Source: Lophium mytilinum | Lineage: Eukaryota | Assembly (NCBI GenBank): GCA_010093605.1 | Contig: MU004200.1 | Span: 620,001 to 684,000, forward strand | Reading direction: 5' to 3' | DNA: 64,000 nucleotides | Part shown: positions 24,346 to 34,263 of the stretch, one piece after another | Layout: the number at the start of each line of letters is the position of its first letter | Position numbering within the stretch: the stretch's first letter is position 1 | Notes under the pieces: generated by a model | What the model was told of the DNA's origin: nothing | Database searches by the model: none | Seen by the model: the letters and a program-made list of their open reading frames with translations, nothing else | Translations under genes and position numbers: made by a program

Positions 24346-25695
24346 TCAAGAAGTTGGCTCGTCCTGTGCAAATCTGTGTGATAGTTCGTTCGAGCTGGGG
24401 ACTGTGCGCTTGGCTTGCAAGTACTTTTTCATCGAGTCTCTCATCCTTATCGTTTCTGGAGAGGGAGGACGCAACCGGTGAACCGGCTCGACCTTTAGGT
24501 CCTTCAGGCATGGTGGTTCATGTTCGCATGCAGGTAGACGAAAGCATTTGTTCCTGGACTGGTTGTTTGATAGCGTTTCAATACAATGGTGACGTGTATT
24601 CAGGCATGTCCAGTTTCCGCAGCGGTGGCTGAGGCTTCCCTCTTCTTCCATAAGGATATATTTGTCGACCGGGTTGAGCTGGCCTTTCAGGAGCATGACC
24701 GCTGTACCAACATTCATCGACCATGCCGCGCGTTTGCCGTCCACCCAAAAAGAAAAGTGTATATGGAGCGTTCTGCAATTTTTCGGAAATCGGGATCCTG
24801 TGTACAACCAGCACTCGTCTTCTGATCTCTCTTGGGGAAGTTCATCGATATATGGTTGCACGAGATGCAGTAATTTCGTCTTATAGACCGAGGGGAGCTT
24901 GTATAGCACGTAGAGCTTTCGCTCCTTGATGGGGATCCCGGGAGCTTTCGGGTCCGACACTTCTTGTGATGATGTCGGAGTCGCAAGTACAGCAGGAGAT
25001 GGTTGGAGGAAATGCCAAGAAGTCGATTGCTGTGATGAAGATTGTCCTGCTTGGAAACCTATTGCCTGTCGGGCATCCGCGGCTAGCAGCGACTGGGAGT
25101 CGTAAGTTTCCAGGATAGATGGCGACTCGTATTCATATTCCCGCTGTGAGCTTTCGGACCTGAGTGTCGGCTCCGGTTCGCACCATTGTGGTTTGTATGG
25201 CGCGGTCAAAACACTGTGCGCCACAGTCTCTTGGGAAGACTCTGGGGTAGCATAGGCTCCAACTTGAGGTACCTTTGTAGGCGAGTGGAGGATTTTCGAC
25301 CTTCCCCTTCCCTGCTGCTGTGCTTTGCTCTTCCTGAGTACACCATCGTGAGCTGCACGGAGTCTCTTCCTTGGCAATCTTTCCTCCTCGTCATGAGATG
25401 AGTCGGACCGGTGAGAACCTCCTCTCCTGCGCTTTTGTAGTCCTCCCGCTGAGACTTGCCCCTCCTCTTCGTCCGACGAAATTACCACTGCGCTCGTTTC
25501 TCGCATTGATAACAGTACTCTTTCCCTCAATACCTCCTCTTCTTTGGCATCGCTGTACTGTGGGTGTGCGTTTCGTTTCATTGCGTGAGGTAAGCCCCTC
25601 CAGGCGTGATAGATCCGAGCAACGGATTGAGTATTGAAAATTGGTTTTCGTGAAGACGGTCGCTTTGGAAATTCTTGAAATGTCCCAAAGGACAT
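24346..25695 (-). CDS. Protein with a C-terminal His-Cys-box (zinc-binding loop, I-PpoI-like His-Me) endonuclease domain
   Basis: ECWLYTG...SLSHRCGNWTCLNTRHHCIETLSNNQSRNKC...CEHEPPCL matches the SHxCxNxxCxNxxH...ExxxxNxxRxxC...CxHxPxC pattern. The N-terminus is low-complexity with basic NLS-like runs (KRRRGG, RKRLR). Confidence 0.8.
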   Translation of the reverse strand: MSFGTFQEFPKRPSSRKPIFNTQSVARIYHAWRGLPHAMKRNAHPQYSDAKEEEVLRERVLLSMRETSAVVISSDEEEGQVSAGGLQKRRRGGSHRSDSSHDEEERLPRKRLRAAHDGVLRKSKAQQQGRGRSKILHSPTKVPQVGAYATPESSQETVAHSVLTAPYKPQWCEPEPTLRSESSQREYEYESPSILETYDSQSLLAADARQAIGFQAGQSSSQQSTSWHFLQPSPAVLATPTSSQEVSDPKAPGIPIKERKLYVLYKLPSVYKTKLLHLVQPYIDELPQERSEDECWLYTGSRFPKNCRTLHIHFSFWVDGKRAAWSMNVGTAVMLLKGQLNPVDKYILMEEEGSLSHRCGNWTCLNTRHHCIETLSNNQSRNKCFRLPACEHEPPCLKDLKVEPVHRLRPPSPETIRMRDSMKKYLQAKRTVPSSNELSHRFAQDEPTS

Positions 25696-26888
25696 TAAGC
25701 GGTGCTAACTGAGTAAATAGGACTCATGCTCGATTGAGGTTGCTGTGCGAACGCGTTCCAGGAAAGTGGAGGTACTGACCTGGCAAGAAGATTTCCGGAT
25801 AACGAAGCAAAGAAGATGAGGAAAGAGAAGCGGAATTGATCGCGGCGGCCAAACGAAGCGTCGGTGAGAGGATGAAGGTTTGGCACTAGGAAGTAGAAGC
25901 CGAGATCAAGTGCAAAAAGAAGAAGAGAGGCGGTATGGAAGTGAGAGTCTTTAGTCTGAAGTTGCAAACATGTTGTTGGGAGATAGGCGATAGTCTTGTG
26001 TCGCCAATTCGAGGTGTTGAGTCCTTTTTGAACGAAGAGCTGAGGATGTTGGCGTTGAAATCAACCCAAAGAGTGGGTTGAGCGAGCGTGGATCTGTAGA
26101 TCGAGGAAGACGAAGCTGCAGTAGTCGATGAAGTTTGACAAAGGTCGAAGATATAGCGCCTCACTTCGTGGTCGCCGCGAACGGCCTAAAAAATTCATGA
26201 TGAGGCCTGCCAGCCTGACATATTCCGTGTTCTCTGCTAGATGGCCTAGTCGGCTGGGCGGATCATACATAGATCATTCCATACCGTCTGAGATGGCCCG
26301 GAGAGCTATCGACCTTATCAAAATCGTCGGTAGTCAGTCTGTCATAACGCATCAGAGGACCTCAGACAGTGCTAGGCAATGGTGCACAAGTCTAGAGTGA
26401 TGTGTTGGGAAAACACATGACTAGGAGACTTTAGACTCGAATAAAAAAATCCGTGGACTGCAATATTTTGTTCAAGGAAGCCTGCTAGTGGAGCCAGCGG
26501 TTGACTCCTCGACCATCGTGCTGAAAAGCGCAATATCTCGCCCTAGGTGTGGGCTCTTCTACCTCCGGGCTGGCGGCGGGAATAAGTTGACCATTTGGAT
26601 ACCTTCTATGGCACTTCCCATGAGAGCCTAGAGAAACTGTAGAAGACCAGATCATGACGACTTCGAATTTCCCGAATATGTGCGACGGTGTTTGTTAGCG
26701 GGGATGAATCTGCCACATATCATGCTGTCGGGCATCCCACTAAGGTCTATAGACGTCTAAGACTGGACTTCTTTGCAGCAAACGTTCTAGAAACTTCCTT
26801 CATTTGGCATTAGCTTGGTTTCTGCATTTTATTTGGTACTACACGATTACACGCAGGTGTAACAAACGAGAATCCACATGGATGATGA

Positions 26889-27470
26889 AGAATAAAAGCC
26901 TCTAACATACTCACATCTCTTCTTCCGTCTCTTCATCCCCAATCTCAAATTTCGGACTCCAAGCCATTAACGTCTTATCTTTGTTGGCACGCCTTTCCAA
27001 TCCTACCAAACCCACCTCACGGAAAAAAGGCCCCTGGCCTCCCTCCCCTTGCCTACGACACCTGGAAACAGTGGCTCCTGGTTGTCGAACTGAAAGCCCG
27101 AGCCGCTCACATATGGCAATATGTCGACATTCTGAAACCAGAGGATGAACTCACTAAGATAATCAAGCCCACTCGTCCCACTATGCCAGGAATGACGAAT
27201 AAATCGAACCCGGACTGGAAAATGGCTATGCGTCAGTATGAAGCCTTGAAACGACGATATATGTGGGAATTCGAGCTGTTAGAGCGAAGGGTGCCCGCGA
27301 TATTGTTTCTCACCTTAGAGATTGTGGATTCCATTCCGCAGGACGCTGAATTTTTCCATGAGACGTGGGAGTTTGAGTCTACTCACAAACTGCTTCTTGA
27401 CCTAGAGCTCAGATTTGATTTGTCGTCTAGACAATCTGGTTCGGAGCGCGAGGACTCAGAGACGCAATGA
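26889..27470 (+). pseudogene. Ty1/Copia gag N-terminus-like relic (frame has no ATG until 27183)
   Basis: The frame upstream of ORF 27183 reads YDTWKQWLLVVELKARAAHIWQYVDILKPEDEL...KPTRP, resembling the WxxW...KA....IWxYVD...P..P signature of fungal Copia gag. No pol or LTRs were seen. Confidence 0.45.
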
Positions 27471-29006
27471 ACGCTTATCGGGTTCGCAAGAGGCTGAATC
27501 TTGACGCTGTTGCTCCATAATAGATAAATGACAGATGTGAGATGGATGAACCACATTAAAGCCGAAACATTTGATAGCTCACATTGTACCCCAGTGCCCG
27601 TGATCTAAAGAAATTTGGGTCTAAAAGGCACGAATGGAAAGAAGAGATATGCATCGAGAACATGACTAACCAATAATGGAGCTCTTGAATTACCCCCTAC
27701 CTCTCATTCTCCCTACAGAGTGTCTCACGGACCCACAACGCTAGACGCACCTACAGCACAACGACCCAAACTATCCGCACTCTCTACCCTATCGTGATGG
27801 AGGCCTAACCCGAGCAGGGCCTTTCCGCTGCAACATAAGTCGGGACCCGGGTCTTCGGGGCCTTACGTGTGTACTCCTGCGCTCAGACGTCAGAAGCGAG
27901 ACGAGATCCTCGGAACTCACCACACCCCAATAACGCCTTTCAAACTATTACCTTTCACGAGACTGATAGTGTAGCTGGAATAGAGCAGAGTCTCCCAAAA
28001 ATGCTTGTATACTTCTATTTTGCGGAGAGATCGTAGAAAATTCGATATAGTGATAACTAGGCCAAAAGTCTCGCTCTCTGGCGCGAAATGCGCTACGGTT
28101 CGGCGGGGATCGGTGCGAACAATGGTTGCCGAGGGCCGCCTCTATTTCCTCCTAGACTCCGGTGACGTAGTCCAATTGGGAGGAAGCCAGATGGCAGCGA
28201 GTGTTGCTATCTTCCCGGCAGAAGTCATGACGCGATAAAAGTTGCCGTGTGGAAGAAACATCGGGTCCCCTTTGACAAAGCGTATGCTACTTGGGCCTCG
28301 ATGCAGATGTTCGGAGGCTTGAAAAAAGACTCGTATCTGGAAGAGGTGAAGAAGGAGCCTTGGATTTGATATGGGGTTGCATGATACATAAAGAGCGCTG
28401 AGAACGCCAGAATCCATCTTGAGAATAAACGAGTTTTCCGAGACAGCATGATGCTGGGCTCACCATCTCCCCTGCCTCCTCATCTGCATCAAGATAAGCG
28501 CGGCATCCAAAACATCTCGCTCTTCAATCGTCCTTCTTTCGAGGACCTCCTGGGCCACTTTCTCTTCCTTCTCGGCAAGTCGACTCGACCGCCTGCGTGT
28601 GCTTGATAGTGGGTTTGCGAGAGTCCATGGCTTGAAAGGCATAACGATCTGACTTACGGCTACGAGAGTCTGGGGAAGGAAGCGTGGTCAATCAAGTGTA
28701 GTAAAGTCCGTGACCGTTTGATCAACCTTCGAAGGCCTGGGTTGGTGGTGACTTGAGTGAAAATAGCGAATAGCGGCCAAGCAGATATATATGGCGGCCA
28801 TGGTACCTCTGGATGTCTACGGTCGAAACAATAGGATAAAGAGAAGTTCGCCATTAGGACAAAGACCAGTCCACGGAACAATGGTACTGGCAGTTCCTTT
28901 GTGTTTGGTCGAGACAATGTGTACTAACGGACTTGGCCAAAGAAGGTCGAGGTGAGTTTGTAAATACCGTGATATGTTCACTTTAACGCCCAGTTTGCCT
29001 GCCCAA

Positions 29007-31154
29007 TCAGCATATAATCAACTCCCTCTCCATCTCATTAAATTCACCTCCATCCAACACCCCCAGCACCATCCGTTCTGGAACAATCGATGGCCCAACA
29101 TGCATACACCGCAACACGTGAGGCGCATCGCTCTCCGCTTCGTGGGGTGTCTCGCGCAACACCATGAGCACGGGGCATCCACGCACGCGGCACACCACAT
29201 CCCCTGGCTTCATCACGCGGGGCCCCATACCGACCAGGCCTGTGGCGGTGCGGAAGATGACACGGCACATGGATACCCAGGTTATGTCCTGCACGAATAC
29301 TAGGCTGGTGGCACCGGCTGCGCGGCGCTGGATCTCAGCTTGCGCAGATTCGGGAAGGCTGGCATATATCGACCTCTGTGGGAGGTTGTTGCCGTCGTCG
29401 CTAACAGAAGCAGCAGTGATGAGTTCAGAGCCGGCTTCGGACGGCGAAAGCGTGGCAGTGGTAGCCCTTGCGGTCTCAAGCAGCCGATGGTACTCCAGCA
29501 GGTAAGCGGCAAAGGACTGCCGATGCATGTCCTGCGCCTCGCCGGGCTGTGTCGCGTCTTTGGAGCTGTGGTCGCCCCCTTCGGCGAGGCTACCTGCATG
29601 GTTCCGCAACCCGTCAGCCAAGGCGAGGGAGAGATTATCCAGCACCTTGATTGGATCTTTATAGTTGGAGCCCTGCGCTGGGTATACTATTTCCCAGAGC
29701 CGGTCAAGGAAAAAGGGGTTCTTCTTGGTGCGCTCCCTGAGTACATTCGTGGCAGGGAAGTCAGTCGTCTCCATCATGTGCGAAACGGCCACGACTTGGT
29801 CCACTACCCATCCGCGGGCGAGTAAACGCGGCATTGACTGCCCTGTTACGCTTTCTAGCGAGCCTACGATGCGGATGTCAGCATCTTCCTTCGCTGCTGC
29901 GGCTGTGGGATACGGCAAGGGAGCCGTCCGATTTATAGAATGCCAGTCGGGGACCCAACTGGGCATCCTGGCATCATCACTCGTGTCCCATTGGACGTGG
30001 CGCATGCTCTGGTCGCTTTCATGGTCGACGAGGGTTAATACGTAGAGGTTTTTGGTCTCTCGAATAAAGGTTGCGGCGAGCTTGGTGTATACGACTCCAC
30101 GGTTGACGTTGTAGTCCGGCTTGGCAACCATCTCCCCGTTCATGATGGCCAGCGGGTGGCCCAGGAGCGCGAAGACGCGGTCTCGCGGGTCCGTTACGCG
30201 CATAATGCGCGTCCAGTGCATTGCAGTAAGGAAATCGCACTGCGGCGTCCCATCCTTGTCGACCTCCCAGACGTAAAGGATGTGCGCGGCAACCCAGCAC
30301 TTAAGGTCCAGGTGCGTCTCTAACGAGGCGCCGTTATAGCCCACATAGCTGACAAACTCGCTCACGCGGTCCCAGTTGATGGAATGCAGCTCTAACTCGT
30401 GCTGTGGGGGCTCATCTTCATCATCCCGGAGCTCTTGTTCCTCGACCGTATCCTTCAACGCGGTAGCGGCGTGCCTTTTCTTTGAACAGAACATGTCCGC
30501 CACGCGCGCGAGACCCAGTTCCTGCACAATCCAGGTGCGGTGGAAGTACTCAATGTCGAAGAAGGCCTTGATGGCCGCCCACCTCTGCGCCTCCGTCCTA
30601 GAGCGTTTGCGATCCTCCTCGTCCAGCCGGTCGTTCTCCGTGACATCGTCCAGGTGCAGCAGGATGCGCGCTTCGTGCAGTGCCACTTCGGGGTCCTTGA
30701 GGATGTCGCGGATGACTGCCATTGCGAAGCTCGTAAGTCCCTCCTCGTCGTGGCCCAGCCAGGCTAGCACGCGCGCTGCACCAGCAAAGATGCGGCCCAT
30801 CAATCCTACCTGCGATATGCGCTCCGACATGTCGTCCTGGTTGATAGATACGGAATCCACCCAGCAGCGGCGTACATGGCCTTCGGTCGACGACCGGGGT
30901 CGCGGCCGGAGGGCCTTGAGCGCCGTTTTCAGATTGGCTGTGATGGCTACGTTCGCGCCGTCGACCTCCATAGTTTCTGTCGGGCGTCCGCCCCATACAT
31001 AGGAGATGGCCTCGTAGGGTTCGCCGTCGATGGGCTGCGCGACGAGCGTACCGACCAAAGGGTCCGATATCTCGCCGGCATGCAATTCGAGCACGCGGAT
31101 GCATTGGAGTGGGAGCGGCTTGTAGCAGGCTGCATAGACGCGTGTAGGAGGCAT
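29007..31154 (-). CDS. HET-domain (heterokaryon incompatibility, HET-6-like) protein
   Basis: IRVLEL, YEAISYVWG, WVDSVSINQDDMSERISQVGLMGRIFAGAARVLAWLG, YFHRTWIVQE, TDPRDRVFALLG, PSWVPDW and C-terminal GMGP...GDVVC motifs. Intronless. Confidence 0.93.
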   Translation of the reverse strand: MPPTRVYAACYKPLPLQCIRVLELHAGEISDPLVGTLVAQPIDGEPYEAISYVWGGRPTETMEVDGANVAITANLKTALKALRPRPRSSTEGHVRRCWVDSVSINQDDMSERISQVGLMGRIFAGAARVLAWLGHDEEGLTSFAMAVIRDILKDPEVALHEARILLHLDDVTENDRLDEEDRKRSRTEAQRWAAIKAFFDIEYFHRTWIVQELGLARVADMFCSKKRHAATALKDTVEEQELRDDEDEPPQHELELHSINWDRVSEFVSYVGYNGASLETHLDLKCWVAAHILYVWEVDKDGTPQCDFLTAMHWTRIMRVTDPRDRVFALLGHPLAIMNGEMVAKPDYNVNRGVVYTKLAATFIRETKNLYVLTLVDHESDQSMRHVQWDTSDDARMPSWVPDWHSINRTAPLPYPTAAAAKEDADIRIVGSLESVTGQSMPRLLARGWVVDQVVAVSHMMETTDFPATNVLRERTKKNPFFLDRLWEIVYPAQGSNYKDPIKVLDNLSLALADGLRNHAGSLAEGGDHSSKDATQPGEAQDMHRQSFAAYLLEYHRLLETARATTATLSPSEAGSELITAASVSDDGNNLPQRSIYASLPESAQAEIQRRAAGATSLVFVQDITWVSMCRVIFRTATGLVGMGPRVMKPGDVVCRVRGCPVLMVLRETPHEAESDAPHVLRCMHVGPSIVPERMVLGVLDGGEFNEMERELIIC

Positions 31155-31324
31155 TCCAGCCTGACCGCGGGAATTAATATTCCCGGGGCCGTTGCACTGA
31201 CGAGCCACAGGATAGCACTGATTCCCTGGGATGCTGGATTCTTGTAGGGGAGATTCCCTTCGCGCTTTGATGGGGCGACTTACATGCAGGTAGAGTACTT
31301 GAGCAAGAAAGTGGAACGGAGGGT

Positions 31325-31472
31325 TTGGGTTGTTTTCTATCGAGGGTAAGTTTACTCGAGAACTGGGGCCTTGAAACTGGGACCTATGTATGTAGCAGGC
31401 CTACGGGCCCGGAAATGGGCCTTCCGAGGCAGGGTGAGGACCCCAGTCTCAACCCTGTGGAATATAGGGCCT
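31325..31472 (+). repeat. Left copy of a ~145-bp inverted repeat (partner 40261-40404)
   Basis: ttgggttgttttctatcgagggtaagtttactcgagaa...cagtctcaaccct...gaatatagggcct is the reverse complement of 40261-40404, with about 13 substitutions and two small indels by manual alignment. Confidence 0.93.
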
Positions 31473-31522
31473 CCTTTGGCCACGTCCGTTAGTAGTACTG
31501 TGCAGTCATCACTTCACGTTAT

Positions 31523-31663
31523 TATAGCTATATCCTTATAACCTGAAAAGTGCTCATACTATATAACTTAATTATGTAAGACTTGTAACTATATATACAT
31601 AACCTTATTACTATACTACTTTATGTTCTTTATTTTTTTTTATACAAATAGCTTTAAGCTATA
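31523..31663. mobile_element. 141-bp AT/TpA-rich insertion relic with 7-bp terminal inverted repeats and a 9-bp flanking direct repeat
   Basis: TCACGTTAT at 31514-31522 and 31664-31672. Ends are TATAGCT...AGCTATA. The interior is extremely TA-rich, as after RIP. Confidence 0.65.
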
Positions 31664-31864
31664 TCACGTTATTCTACGCTGTATGTTGCATTCTGCATCC
31701 TATATATCTAGACGAGATCTGCAGAGTTCACTCTCCAGATCAGCTTTCTCTTTCACACACGCGCAGATAGCCATATTAGTCAGCGATTTTCTTCATCCGC
31801 TATCGCTCCCACATTGCCGGCGAACTTAGCCGTAGCTCCAAACGGGACACTTTACAACATTATC

Positions 31865-32782
31865 ATGACAGTGTCACAAGATCCCAATGCAGAAATCTTT
31901 TCTTCTGAAGAAATACCAGAACGGCAAGTCTCAGAATCCTATCAGCAAGATATCCAAACTGAACCCCTCCACAGACTAGACGAACAACACATCGCCACAA
32001 CCAAAACTTTCGGTTTCCTCGTCCACCCCAACATCCCACTCAACTCACCCACGATCAAAATAGCAGACATCGGTACCGGCACCGGTATCTGGCTCTTAGA
32101 CGTCGCCAAAAGTTTACCACCAACATGTCAACTCATTGGCTTCGACGTCTCATCCTCGGCATTCCCACCAACTCAAACATTACCACCAAACGTGTCGTTC
32201 CAAATCCAAGACATGCTTCTACCCTTCCCAGCTTCCGAGATAGGAAGCTTTGATGTAGTTGCCGTCCGCTTTGTCAGCACTGCGACTACGCGGGCGGCAT
32301 GGGCTCTTGCCATTGAGAATGTAATGACGTTGCTGAAGCCGGGCGGCTGGCTGCAATGGATCGATTCGTGCAACTTTGCACTGTACAATTCCGTTGCTGG
32401 CTCGTCTCGCGCCGCGTGCCAGGAGATCTATGACGGGCTGGAGCCATTTCGTGCCAAAGACGATGTCGTCATAGGAATGGTGATGCGGGAGCCGAGGAAT
32501 ATGAGGAGGGAAGATGTGTTTCGAAAATTGGGCTTGACGGATGTGCACGAAGATGTGTTTTCGACGGATAGGTTGCAGGACCCGGGGTTGCAGCTAAGGG
32601 ACAAAGGGACTAGAAACGCCATTGTTTGTTTCTTGGCATGCTTGCAGGCATTGGTTGGCGTGGATGGGAATGGGTGGAGCGAAGAGAGAATTGAGAGACT
32701 TAAGGTGGAAGCAATGAAGGAGGTTGATGAGGGAGTTTATCACACGCTTGATCAAGTGTGTATAGTGGGGAGAAAAGCTTAG
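31865..32782 (+). CDS. Class I SAM-dependent methyltransferase (LaeA-like/Methyltransf_23 type); probable GC-AG intron 31924-31974
   Basis: IADIGTGTGIWL motif I, GFDVS, FDVVAVR and LLKPGGWLQWID. Splicing gives the family-typical EEIPERLDEQH. Confidence 0.9.
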   Translation: MTVSQDPNAEIFSSEEIPERQVSESYQQDIQTEPLHRLDEQHIATTKTFGFLVHPNIPLNSPTIKIADIGTGTGIWLLDVAKSLPPTCQLIGFDVSSSAFPPTQTLPPNVSFQIQDMLLPFPASEIGSFDVVAVRFVSTATTRAAWALAIENVMTLLKPGGWLQWIDSCNFALYNSVAGSSRAACQEIYDGLEPFRAKDDVVIGMVMREPRNMRREDVFRKLGLTDVHEDVFSTDRLQDPGLQLRDKGTRNAIVCFLACLQALVGVDGNGWSEERIERLKVEAMKEVDEGVYHTLDQVCIVGRKA

Positions 32783-34263
32783 TAGTTCTAATCACCATTT
32801 AGCATTTCCATCTTTGTAGTCGGCTCTAGAACATGAGTAGTTTACACTATGAAACGCTGATTACTTATCAATGAAACTCCACTAAAGGTGGTATATAACT
32901 TAGGGATACATTTAAGGCCCCTCGCTAATATAGCCGGGTGTGAGCCAACTCAGCCATAGCGGCACCAGGTCACGTGCGCAGAAGGTGTTCGGTAGGGTGC
33001 ACATTGGGATGTTGGAATATGAATTCTGAGAGTTGTTGGAGGAGGAGAAGCGATGGGACGCGCAAATACAGGAACAACAAGAGGAAGACCTGGCCGATAT
33101 AAAGAAAGTTATAGAACAGCAAATAGAAAGCCTTAGGCGTCACAGAGAGCTAAACTCTAAAGGCTATAGCCTAACGGAGGATGTCGAAAGAGGCCATCAT
33201 AAAGTCCAGAAAAATGGAGATTGCAAGGAATATACGCTAGCGAAGGGAACAAGACCAAAGTGTTCGAATTGTTGGACTAAGATTGGTCGCAAGAGGGTTT
33301 ATCGTAAGTTTTAATTATCTTAAGTGGGCGTTCATCGAAAATGAAGATGCTAAAGTACCTTCCTTCCTATGAAGCTCCTTGGCATCACCTATATAAACTC
33401 CCTTTCCTACATACAGTGACAGGCCACAAGTCTGGGCAAACTGGTACGCCACTGCTTGGGGTACCCCCCTATGGTTTTGAAGACTCGAGGGCGATGCTAA
33501 GCTTCAAGCAGTGCAGATTCCACTGCCTCTTGACTATTTGCCTGCTCAGCAGTCAGGCTACCCCCAACAGTGGTGTGAGTGGGCAAGTTGGAGCTGAGTC
33601 CGTGTACCTAGACTTGTGGCCTAGGACTGTAGATAATATACAGGAGTTCATCAATTCTAGGGCTTTTAGCCCGCAATCACTACGCTACGCCCTGCCTCGC
33701 CGAACGCTACCGTATCCCTACGCCTACTTCCTCTGAGGTCCACTAACACCTCGTTCTGAGACTACATAAATCCGCAACAAGAAGAGGGAGAAATGGAAGT
33801 GGATTTATCTATGTTACCTTTGTTCTTCTTCCTTCCCGATCCTTGAGACACATCTTAGCCAAATACAGCATGTGCTCACGACGTCACTCCCTAATATTAA
33901 GCTACAGACTTACTATACAGGGGAGCACCTCCGGGAGCCTTTAAGGGGGAATAGCAATATTCTGGCCAATAAATTTTCAAGCCGGCTAAGTACTAGCCGG
34001 CTAAGTACTAGCCTAGATGAGAGATATACCAGGATCAACTCAGTATAGCGCCATGTTCACCGGAGGTAAAGAGATGCTATACTGATGCGCAGGAGTGAGG
34101 ATGTCTTCGGACATGACTCTGAAGAGCTGGACTTCCTTCCGGGAGTTTGAACGAGCAAGGGTTCCCAACGTGGCTGTCCTATACTAGGCATATCTCGGCG
34201 ACCTCAGTTACAAACAGATCTTGCGAAGGCGCGGTTTCGTCCCAGGACACCCACCCAAATAAT

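Noticed and set aside
28142..28642. Short ORF ending DAALILMQM with a possible gtgagc donor
   Set aside because: It may be a small real gene, but no coherent spliced model could be built.
32850..34200. Coiled-coil-like 93-aa ORF, a 131-aa ORF and a 15-bp tandem duplication (gccggctaagtacta x2 near 33981)
   Set aside because: The region looks decayed and no family or element ends could be identified.
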